Assembly: GCA_036172245.1 (NCBI GenBank)
Contig: JAYWIR010000035.1
Location: 930,001-994,000, forward strand
Direction: 5' to 3'
Source of the DNA: Raillietiella orientalis
Taxonomy: Eukaryota
DNA length: 64,000 bases
The position numbers and the translations under genes are program-made. The notes beneath the pieces were generated by a model. That model searched no databases. It had not been told where the DNA came from and saw only the letters and a program-made list of their open reading frames with translations. Positions 50,502 through 64,000 of this stretch are shown here, one piece after another (the stretch's first letter is position 1; each line of letters opens with the position of its first letter).

Positions 50502-51333
50502 CTAAACAGGGAGACGGATATACATACATGCACATATATTTTCTCGCTGTCGTTTCGGCTATAGTGATTTTTTAGCTTTCAGAGAACAACGCTACGAGAT
50601 GTTTGGTCATCCTACTTCATCCACCGAGTGGAAGAAAAAGAAAAAAAAAGAACAGAGTTTTGCTTCTGGAATCATGCGAAATGCCAGTAGGCAAGAAGTT
50701 CTCTGCTGCCAGTTCGAACTGCAGAGAGGAATGCTTGCACTCTTTCAATGAAAATGGAACTTTTGGAACGTGCGTTTCGCGATAGGTGTTTCCATGTGTA
50801 GACGGAACATGCGAGTTTCTATGGAGGTTCCGTCTCTTGAATGAAATCGCCTGCACCGTTGGCAGGCATCGGCGCTTTGGAATGGGGCAGTTTCCCGAAC
50901 GGTTGCCCAGACGAAAAATTACAAGAATCCCTCTCGATTCTCAGAAAGCGTATTTGAGAGCTTCTCGTTACTCCGAAACGCACCCACTCAAGGATCATGG
51001 AGACTTTCTCCTCTAAGGTGAGGACTTGAACACGTTCCCATTCAAGACGTTCCTGAAATGAGGCTACTGCAAGCACCGGGAAGGTGGCATCATTTACGAA
51101 ATAAATGCTGTAATAACATTTCCAAGATAGATAGATAGATTATCAACTGCCAGAAGTATTGTAGCCATGTAATTTATCTGTGTATCTCACAGGTCGTTTG
51201 TTCGCGAATAGTTGGACACCTGGCTCTGATGCCTCGTGGGCTCTGGCTCACAATCAGTGCTTGAATACCCCGTTTATTGTAGTCCGAAGCTGCGGATGTT
51301 TTAGTTTGAATAGCATCCGAAAAACATTTGAAT

Positions 51334-51374
51334 ATCACAATGGAACAAAGTGTGAAACTTTGTTCCAATGTGAT
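51334..51374. repeat. 18-bp stem hairpin (one mismatch), 5-nt loop
   Basis: ATCACAATGGAACAAAGT-GTGAA-ACTTTGTTCCAATGTGAT. Confidence 0.85.
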
Positions 51375-51413
51375 CCTAGAAATCCGACAATTAATGCTGC
51401 TGGAGTCCATCAC

Positions 51414-51803
51414 CTGTTCTGAGGCCGGCCTCTCCAAAGTGGACTCTGCTTGTTCAGAATTTGCTTTTCCTTCAGCATTGCCAGCGAGTGTTTTCTGGAA
51501 TCATCACACGTTAGTCATATTAATAGAAAGCTGCTGTACACCGGCTCTGTCCTTCTTCGTGTCCACTGTCACATGCTTCCTACTCCCCGATTGGTGGAAG
51601 GATTTGCTTACCGCAGTTTTGTCGTCAAGCAAAGATTTCTTGCTGTTGTTTTCTTTAGTTCCAGCTCGTTGAGCAGTCGACGATTCCTCGACGCAACCTT
51701 GGCAAAGAGTTCTCACAAACAAACACACAGATAAGAATGCCACGAATAAAGTTCCCAGAATGACGGCTATCAAGGAAAATTCATTCATAGCCAGGAAGTT
51801 CAT
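51414..51803 (-). CDS. Candidate single-pass membrane protein, first two exons (3' part unresolved)
   Basis: 51803-51540 encodes MNFLAMNEFSLIAVILGTLFVAFLSVCLFV (hydrophobic helix) and a polar tail. A 45-nt GT-AG intron (51539-51495) contains a GACTAAC branch-site match. The in-frame exon 51494-51414 ends CAG|GTGATG. Confidence 0.45.
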
Positions 51804-54800
51804 ACTGTGGATTTAGCTCATGAGACATGCAGTAGAATCGAAAGAGTTAAGATACATCCTTGAAATGAGAAGAAACTGACACAGTGTTTGCTAAGCAACA
51901 GAGTTAGAGGACTAATCATATTAAACTGGTTGGTTGGGCGAACCATTAGGAAATAGTAAATCAGCGAATAAGTTTCGGAATTGCATGATAAATTCTCGTG
52001 AAATTCTCTCTTTTTATGTTTATATTTCCCTGAGCTCCTTATCATGCGTCAAAGAATCGGACGTGGAAAATTCGAACGTATCGCGCAGTTGATAACAGCA
52101 CTATCAGAGTAGGAAGTAATGGGGCCAGCCTGCAGGAGACGCAAGGACTCCCCTAGAGATTTACTAGTATCGTGAACGAGTACCGAAGTTGTGACCGAAA
52201 AAAACACTGCTGCCTTCACTCGAGGCTACTTTAAAGAGCATGCAGCAGTAAAAACAGAAAAGAAGCTTTTCGTTCTCAATGCATTCACTCGGAATTCTCC
52301 TGTCCTCAAATCATCACATATGGACTTTAGTGTTTTGCCCAGTTCCTAGTCCTGTGCTTTCGAAACAAGATCACAACAAGATCCATGCAAATCACAAAAT
52401 GAATGTAGTTGATTTTATTTTTCAGGAGTGTTTTTGTCGTGATATGTCCTTGTCCTCTTTCGAAACCAAGTCGTAGCCCGACGCATCATCTCAATACCAT
52501 CTGTAATCTTGCCAAACCTTTTGGTCCGGCCAGATAACCGAAGAGAATGCTCCAATGAGGAACTAAGGCCGTGAACTCGGTTCTGATAGCTTTGGTATTA
52601 CACAGAGATCGATGATTGACGTTCACTGAATAATGATTTTTATATGCATCACATCCGCGAATTTGATGGTTCGCTTAATTATGAATCCTCTAAAGGCATA
52701 GTAAAGCGTGGGGGCAAGCAAAACTTGCAATTTTATTCAATTGGAGAAGACTTTCTCGATGAGTCGGCCATGAAGATAGTTTTCGTAATTTACGTTGTAC
52801 ATTAGTAAGTAATCAATAACTATCCATTTATTTCTTCCAGCTTCTCCTTGAATCTTGACAGATTAAAGCTTACCGATGCAATTTTGAGATTTCTGAAAAC
52901 ATTTCCTTTTATTCGTACCCCCGAAATGTTTTGTTTTTATGAAGTTTTCATACGGTTGTTTCATATGCTTACACTGTTATACTGTATTATATCTCACATA
53001 CTATTCCATGTACTTATTACATTTCATTGTGTCCGTGTTCATTCCTCTTCATTATCGAACTCTTGTAGATTAAAAAACGATAATGAATTCTGCTTTCTTG
53101 ATCTGCCTCTGCATCTGATTATGACGTCCCTTCACTTAAAACTGTGATACATTTCCGCTAATTGCAAGAGGGAACTTTTCATCTCCGGAATACATTCTGT
53201 CTGCACTAACAGGTTTCTCCCCACTGATTTTCAGGATCCTCTTGCATAACTCTTACCGTTTTTTTTTTTTTTTTTTTTCCAACGATTCCTTCCGTATTTG
53301 AAACTTTAGACGTCTCGAGTGCTCAATGAATCATCTTTTGATGAATTTTTCAATTTTTTATCTTCAATTTTTGCTTTTCTAGCCTCTACTCTTCGTAGAT
53401 CTTTGACAGCATCTTAAGCCATTATCTGAGATTCACCCTTGCGAAATGCATTAGAATATTATTCCCCTAAGAATGCGATCGTATGGAGTGTTCTGGAGAG
53501 ACATATACGTGGAGACTGATACAAAGCCAGATAAAAAGGAAAAGATCTGTTGCTTCTGTGTGCTCCCTTAAATAGAGGACTTGTGAAGTTGTAGAGATTA
53601 AACGCATTGCTAAAAACCCACATTGGGAACAATGCAGAAATCGCATCCAATTGATCGAGAAATATTTGCTTTTGTTCAAATGATCAATGGATGAGCCAGT
53701 AAAAACCTATGGATCTAACAAAATTACCAGTATCCAAAGGAAATCATTTATTTCTTCCAAATGATTCATCTAAAACATCTTTCATCTGTAAACGTTCTTC
53801 CAATTAGAAATCCTGTGAACCTGGCCTATGATGCAAAAGATAGAACGTGCTGTTACGAATTCAAGTGTTCTCCTTATCTAAAGGAATAATTCCGATGGGC
53901 TATGAGATCTTATCGAGACGAGTCTAAAAGTCTGCATGAGATACAGAGTTTCTAACTATTTCCATAAGTGACTTCCCTGGTGATATTGTAAATCACCACT
54001 TCGATTTTTGAAAGTCTTAACCTCTTTTTCTATCATTTCTTAACCATAAATCAGCGATATGTAAAAACAAAAAAAAAAAAGAAGCTGTACCTAAAAACTA
54101 AAAATAAAACTAAAATTGAAACTAAAAATCCTTACTGCCTTTAGAGTGTGGTTTCAATATTCTATTCCATGCATGTGTCTCACGTATGAAACGATAATCT
54201 TTGAAGTCATCTTGAAAACATCACGAAATCGAAAATCATTTTCTTTTAAGCAAATCTGCAGCCATTAAATTTAAGAACTACCTGAGTTTAAAAGAGCCTT
54301 CTTTGTCTTGTCAAAGTCAGCTTGCTGTTCTTCTGTTATTCTGCTTCTCTTCAAACGGTTCGTAAGTTCTTTTCAAAGAAAGTTTTCGGCTCCTTGTCAG
54401 TTTTCTCACACGACTCATCAGCACTGGACACGCATGCGGAACTCATAACGCCTCTGGGTGTTGCCTGAAAGAGTTCATACAAATCGGCAAGTTGTGGAAA
54501 AGACATTTGGTTCAATACAGTTCTTGGATATCTCAACTCATTTCGGCTGGTGGTATTTGAATATTGCTTGGAAACATCGATCGTGTCGTCTCAAGTCAAA
54601 AGTGAAAATTTACCTGGTCACGTATTTCAACTCTGCTTCAACATGTTTCTTTGTCAGATGTGAGATCCTCGTTCGACACAGTTTCTGCAATCTGATTTTT
54701 GTCTGTTCCATCCAAAAATACAATCGTTTTAAAAATACTGTTACTGTTTGTGACGAATTCGAAGGTTCTAAGAGGCAAAAAAAGCAGCAGAACTTTCCCA

Positions 54801-56719
54801 TCACTCGTGAGAAGAGTCCTGAAAAAAGATGACATTGATAGAATCATCTCTGGAGATTTACAAACGCTGCAAACTCTTCATGGTTGTTGAGTAGAATGCT
54901 TTTTTCCAAATACTAATGTGTTATGATGGTCATCCAAAATCCTGTGCCCACGATTCTTAAAAAAAATGCGTGAAGCCACAGGTGTTTTTGAATCATATTT
55001 GGATGATATTCCTTATTTATTTTGGATCATTCGATTGTTTCTTTTATCCCAAGCCCTCGGAACATGGATTCATTTTCAACAGTTCACTCAGTTGAATATT
55101 CAGCTATGCTCCTTTTCTTTGAGCTTCATCCACATTCACTGTAGCATTAAAAGCTATACTTCCGCATCTCTTTAACTGCATTTTATTGGTTTCTCTTCAT
55201 TTATTATATATCCTATATGTTTCCTTTCTCAGTTGCCAGTGTTTGGCTGCTTCCATTGCATCCTGAAAGTTTTCCTGACTGTCCAGGATAGCCCCTGGGC
55301 AGCTCGATTTCTGTCTAGAATTCACCAGTTTGGAGAACTTAGGACAAACCTCTTGAACCTCAGCCTCTAATCATTTGTGCTATTTCTTTGTGCTATTATT
55401 TATACGTACAGTTTCAAGCAAACTTCTCTTAGGCCACTTTACAGCATTAAGGAAATCAATGCTTCAAACAACGAATGACACGCGAGGTTTTGAACCTTTA
55501 CAATATCTCATTGTATTTTGACGCCTGCATGATTTGCTCATCCTATTACAGAATAATGTTCCAAATAACAGAAACACTTTATTTAAACAAACTATCATTT
55601 AAGAAAAACATTTAAGAGAAATCTCGAAACTTGGACATTCAAATCTAGGAGACTGGGCATTTGTGGAAGATGAGCACCATAACAGTGCATATACTAGTTT
55701 CGAATAATCCATCGATGCATTCGCCTCTTCGGAAATTCATTCGGAGAAATTCGTTTCAGAATAAGTTTTTATGTTGCTTTTGTCATCTTGGGAAGTAAAC
55801 AAGAGTTTTCTTCCAGTGTTGGGGCTGCGGACTATCATTCATATTTGCAATCACCAATTATCAAAGAAAAATTACCCGTACTTGTCATACTCCGTGAAAT
55901 GTTTTCATTAAAGAATTGACATCCTCCAATCATGTGTATCGTGTGTCTGATTTGGAAATCATCCTTGCTCTAAAGTTAACTTAGCAGTTATGGAGAAATT
56001 TTTGTAAACTAGTTGTGTGATTTTTATGTTGTCAAGTGTGTTAACTGTGATGTTTTCCTGTATTTCTAGGGTTTAGCAGGTATGAGTATTAGAATTTGTA
56101 AGTGAAGTGAAATTTCCAATTAAATTAAATTTAAATTCAAAAGAAATAGTAATTTTGAATTGTTTCTTCCGTATCCGTCTTTGTCGAATTCACCCTGCAA
56201 GAATTCCATACCAGATTGGAAAATAACAGCTTCCAGGTTTCCACTTTTGGAAAAGTGAAAATTCGTTCCACTCCCCACTTACGAGTGTCGGTTCCGTGTT
56301 TCATTCTGAATAATTGCATTCAAAGTGTCGTTTATGCTAACAGCTTTCGTTTCCATAGGAAAAAAAATTGTACAAATTAGTGGAAGCGATTATTTTTCCT
56401 GCTTTTCCTTTTTTTTTTTTTTTTTTTTTTCTTTTTCCCAACCTTTCTAACTCGTTACGCTTGAAGCGGACTCAAGTGAAAATAGTGGCACACGTAGAGG
56501 AAAACATGCAAAATCAATGATGTCTGAAAGGAATAAAAAAAAAATGACACCATTTTGATGCAAAAATCAATTGCTTTTTTTTGCAAATGCTCTAAGACTA
56601 TGCAATAAGACAACGGAAGTGTCGTAACTGAATCGCAGCATCCGTAAACTTCAGTTCACGCAATTCGCTGCTGGCATCTGCGTTTGTCATTCTGTTTCAT
56701 AGGTACGAACAGCACGTGC

Positions 56720-57274
56720 ATGGCTTCGGACGACGGTGGTGTCTATCATGAAAAACAAGTGAGACAGTTCTGTGCTCTTCATTCGTTGAATAATCTTTTC
56801 CAAAAACAGAATACGTTTAAAAAGGAAGATTTGGATTATCTTTGTCAACAACTTCATCCCCAAAAGCTCTTTAATCCCCACTGCTCGCTATTTGGTTGGG
56901 GAAATTATGATGTTAACGTTGTTATTGCTGCCTTGAACCAAAAAGGATATGACATGATTTGGTTTGATAAACGAAAAAATGTTGATGTGTTGTGTTTCCA
57001 GAATATATTTGGCATAATTGCAAATACACCTGCAGAGCTAAATTTGAGGTTTTTCACCCTTTCGAATCCATTGTCAAGAAGACACTGGATAGCCGTTAGA
57101 CAAATAAACAATGTGTACTATAATTTGGACTCCAAACTTAAAACACCCGAAATCATAGGGAGTGAAGCACAAATTATTGTATTTATTAAAAGTTTGCTTT
57201 CAAAGAATGGTGAAATCTTTCTTGTTGTTGAGCATAGTGTGTTTACTAAAGAATTATGGAAAAAAAACACTTGA
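56720..57274 (+). CDS. JOSD: Josephin-domain deubiquitinase (JOSD1/2-like), 184 aa, intronless CDS
   Basis: YHEKQVRQFCALHSLNNLFQ (catalytic Cys), NPH...GNYDVNVVIAAL, WFDKR, and RRHWIAVRQINNVYYNLDSKL (catalytic His and Asp). An acceptor-like TCTGTTTCATAG ends at 56702. Confidence 0.95.
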   Translation: MASDDGGVYHEKQVRQFCALHSLNNLFQKQNTFKKEDLDYLCQQLHPQKLFNPHCSLFGWGNYDVNVVIAALNQKGYDMIWFDKRKNVDVLCFQNIFGIIANTPAELNLRFFTLSNPLSRRHWIAVRQINNVYYNLDSKLKTPEIIGSEAQIIVFIKSLLSKNGEIFLVVEHSVFTKELWKKNT

Positions 57275-57950
57275 ATGAAACAGACCCCAAATCAGCAAGT
57301 ACGTGTGGCATGCGCCAATGTCAAGGAAAAGTGCCTTGGCCTTACAGCCTCAGTGGCCAGAGTGTTATTGCATACCATGTTTACATTTTGCTATGTGAAG
57401 GTAATTGTAAAATTAATTATAATCACCAAATATCGGAAGCTTTTTGTTTATATGCAGGTGTTCCTCAACATTATGTACAACATAGTTACTGTGCAGAACA
57501 AAGTGTCGTTTATTTGATCTTAAAGAGACATGTAAATGGTATGAAAGAGATTGTTTTACCCGTGAACGGCAAGAATTGTTTCCAGCCAGAAAGCATTGCA
57601 AACTTAACAAAGCAAATACAAACACAGGAGGGTTTAGATAGGTACGAAAGTAATAAGTAACATGAAACAAGTAATAAGTAACATATATTTCTATTTAGAA
57701 TCGACTTAATTCTAGGAATTGCGTCCTCAGATAAAACAGTTGTCTTCTATTCGATCTCTCCATACATTTTGGAACCTGATGACGTTGTAACTACTGCAAA
57801 ACAAAAGCAGTTCCTTGAAAAGAAACTATGGAGACAGCGTAAACTACACTTATGGTCAAAAAAGCTATTAAATGGCACTTCAACAAGCCATCTTAGCAAA
57901 TATTTCAAATTCATAGATGAGAATTAGCATTCATCTAAGTTTGGACGGCA

Positions 57951-60671
<2,721 letters not shown>

Positions 60672-62655
60672 CTACAAACAATACAGGATTACATTTCAAA
60701 CAAGAAAAAAAACAGCTTTGGTCGTGCTGCTCACATACCAACAACGAAAAAATAAAAGTGCAAATAGCTGAATGTCGTACAGTACAGCACAGGAGGGAAA
60801 ACATGCTCCATAAAAAAAAAAAAAAAAATTCCAAACACAAATCTAAATTGTTAAACTTAAAACAAGTTCAATGAAAGCCACTTTGAGAAAAAAGGGCACA
60901 TTAACGAAGAATATACGTACAAATGTTGCTTCATACACTCTTGGACATAAGAAAACGGTTAGAAAAAAAGCAAAAGAACCCATAAAAAGCATACGATCGT
61001 TTTACAGTTGAGTCCCAAATTAATTTATTGGGCTACCTGATAAGCGATTCCCTTGAAATAACCAAAGAAATACGGTAAAACTGGTGGTACATAATAAATC
61101 AAACTATGACTACGAAAACGAAAGGAGAACAAAAAGACGACGAATGCCGAAACTAACCCAACCATGGCATATGAAGCTTGACCAAATGAGCCAGAGTAAG
61201 GTATGCGGATGGATAAATGCCCTGAAATTTTAAAATGTGTAAAATTCGGCTTAAATGATTAAAAGATCGTGGTTCAGAATCAAAAGTGCGCAAGAAGATT
61301 AAAGAAGCTGTAGCAGCAGCTGCCACAGCAACTTTCGATCCGTATGCTGCTGCAAGAGGCGTGCAGGGAAAGCAAGCTACACGACCTACACGTCTTTTGC
61401 GTTTCAAAACAGCTGTTTCGTCTGAAAAGTTCCCCGATGTCCATGGATGGCTTGAGATTCGAATCCGAAACCCCAATCGGTCAGGGGCCACGGGAAAACT
61501 GCGAGAGATGATGAGGCAGCGATGTCCACCATAATTTACTCGGGTGTCACTCAAGTTGGTCGCACTGCGAGGCATTCCGGCGTTGCCCCATCTTTAACAT
61601 TCGAGCATGCAGCTACTACCTACTCCATGCAGCTTTCCCAACTTTACAGGGCAACCGCAGATTAACGCATACTAAATTTCTGCGCGCTTATCCATGTATA
61701 AGCAGGTGAAAATTTCAGTACGCTGAATGCTAAAACGGAATCAATTTTTATTTTTTTCTATAAAAAAAAAAAAAAAGTCAGGATGATACGAGAGAGGAGC
61801 CTACAGTGAAAGCAGATTATATCATATAGACAAATTTGAAACTCCTTAAACTGCCGTGCAGCAGCATTCGCAAATCGAAGGCTTGAAGGACCAAAAAATA
61901 ATGGCAAACACTGGATGTGAATCAAAGCAATCCGGTTTCTAATAGAATCCTGATTTTGGCAGGGGGGACGTTTTCGTAACTTTTAGTACAGGTTGCAAAG
62001 TATAACGATTATCTCGTTTTACTAGCGCAATAAATAGAGCTTCTGTAGAAATACAAACAGGATCACTTCGTGATGGTGAGCTGCCCAATGGTTTAACAAA
62101 CAGTAGTGACCATGTCGGTGAAAAAGCTGCAGAAAGTACTGCGGTCGAGCACGTAGGAATTCATCAGGAAGCTATGGGTCCAATGAGCTGATTTTATTCT
62201 GAGTAATTTATGGTCCGAAGCTTTATGTTTTAAAAGCAAGCTTGCCAAAACTTGAGAGCGCCCACTCAGGTTATGTAAAAAGCGAGACTCATGGATAGGC
62301 AAGAAAAAGCTGGCCTCAAATGTTTCTCGTATAAGCACGTCAGCAAAGCGCGGCAATCGAAGAACACGTTTTTTTATATATCTGTACAATTCTTCGTGTG
62401 AGTTTCAACTGTAGATTTTTGAGTAAATCATTTTTTTTTTTTTTTTAAATCTTCAAGTGCCGACGTACGGGGCACCGAACTTGCAAGCATTCCGATTCCT
62501 GCCTTGAAATGTGCGAATTCGGTAGCACATCAGAAGGCAAAGACATTCGTAGACACGTTTCCCTTTCCAGACAAAAACGGAAAAAGAAAAAAAACCATCC
62601 CATGGGTTCCAGCGGATGAAACCAGTCTTCGTTCATGGAGTCATTGGCGATATTG

Positions 62656-62679
62656 TATTATATATATATATATATTATA

Positions 62680-62714
<35 letters not shown>
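62656..62714. repeat. Imperfect (TA)n microsatellite
   Basis: About 59 nt of TA repeats with a few TT interruptions. Confidence 0.95.
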
Positions 62715-62717
<3 letters not shown>

Positions 62718-64000
62718 CAATATCACCAATTTCACTTACTAATGATGAGTCTCGATTTTATTTACAACAAAGTCGTGCTCATCTGTCTTTTCTGCAACAG
62801 TACGAAAATCTTTCCAAATGAGACCTTACTTGAAATAGAGAAAGGTCAGGATATTTCGTAGAAACAGATAATCAAATGTAAAACCATCATTAGGGAACTG
62901 AGCAAGGACAAAAGTACTCGTTGAGGCATTTAAATTCGTGAATCAAACGCTTTTTTGTACATTTGAAAGTCCGAAATACAGTTTTCGCAAAACCCTATTT
63001 CGGAAGTCGCAGGGTCGGCTCTATTTTCGCAATGGCATCATCCCCACACGGTCGCCACTTGGATAGTGCAAGTCTTCTGCAATGCCTTCTTTTATGACCG
63101 GCAAAAAAACAAAAAAAAAAAGGCGTTGCATGAATCCCTTCACCAATTAATGCTATTTCTGCATCATCTTTTCAGTCTTGTTGGTCGTCCTGTGTCATAA
63201 AGTGAGGCAATATAGTCATAAAGTGAGCCTCAACATCGGATCATTTTCTGTACATCTGTAATGATGATACGCTCGATCCATTTTCCGACAACCTAATAGT
63301 TTCGTTCTGCTTCAGATATCAACCCGGATGATCTTCGCATCTGTTCCAAAGCATAACGAAAAGCCCAAAACCACATATTCGATGAATGATGTTTCTTTTT
63401 TTTTTTAAAAAAAAAAAAAAAAAGAAAAGAAAAGAATCACGGCCAATTCACCTGCTCATCATAAAACCTTTTTTCGAGACACAGCAAGGTTTTGAAGGAA
63501 CGGAAGCCATTTCCCATATGTGAGCTCATCAAGTTTAGGGGGTTACTTTAGTGGAAACAGCCCCTCTCGCCTCAAAATTACGGGACAGAATAAAGGTTAC
63601 TCGGATTCATATGATTTCGAAAAAAGTACTGCTGAAAGTGAACAAGTGGGAAAGAAAAAAAATATCAGAAGGAAGCAAGGAAAGGGCAAATGCGAAACAC
63701 TTTAACGAAAATCAAAGGGTGTTTGTGGACACGCATTTCGCATGCCTATGGTAGTACGTAAATTTCCATAAAACAGGAAACAAGGCTCACATCTTCCGTA
63801 CAACACATCACAATAAAAGACATACAGACAAACATAATTATCATGTGATATCGAATCCAACACAAAACCCCCAACGCTCGTAATCGTTTAAGCGTTCTCA
63901 ACTGAAATATTTACGTAAAAACGAAAAATCCACGAAAAATATTCATTACAACTGAAACGTCTACGAAAGGAAAACTTATTCTTGCCTCATTAGTAATAGT

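Noticed and set aside
53400..54000. Possible RTE RT fragment (IVWSVLERH)
   Set aside because: A single weak motif, insufficient to call.
55470..55550. tRNA-like B-box (GGTTCAAAACC on the minus strand)
   Set aside because: No cloverleaf could be folded. At most a decayed tRNA-derived SINE.
57775..57805. CTGATGA hammerhead-like core (also at 19454)
   Set aside because: No stem II-GAAA partner and no closing helices.
61153..61575. ORFs in the region upstream of the found PKN exons as missing PKN HR1 exons
   Set aside because: No HR1 similarity. The PKN 5' exons probably lie beyond the window.
62400..63500. Possible very old mariner remnant on the minus strand
   Set aside because: Only vague motif echoes (GRP, DWFHPL, GIGML), and no TIRs were found.

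Overview
Eukaryotic, arthropod-like genomic DNA; no prokaryotic features were found. Five spliced protein-coding genes and one intronless gene could be reconstructed by hand. A tight same-strand cluster holds UBE2L3 (7910-13060), Merlin/NF2 (13419-19413), phosphorylase kinase gamma (19627-21044) and Mnt (21916-~30552). An intronless Josephin deubiquitinase (56720-57274) converges on the 3' part of PKN (57951-60671, minus strand). A GC/CpG-rich block (~35-50.5 kb) holds an unrecognised ~716-aa coiled-coil gene built from five phase-0 exon modules of 123-130 codons, plus decayed LINEs and orphan exon-like segments. Also present are an internally deleted mariner, a 32-nt U2 snRNA 5' fragment, hairpins and simple repeats. 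Most notable: (1) operon-like spacing with 3' splice acceptors in the 213-358 nt intergenic gaps, suggesting polycistronic or shared-leader expression; (2) the modular coiled-coil 'ruler' gene; (3) many 40-55 nt introns, often without a polypyrimidine tract. All gene models are manual, and no database search was run.
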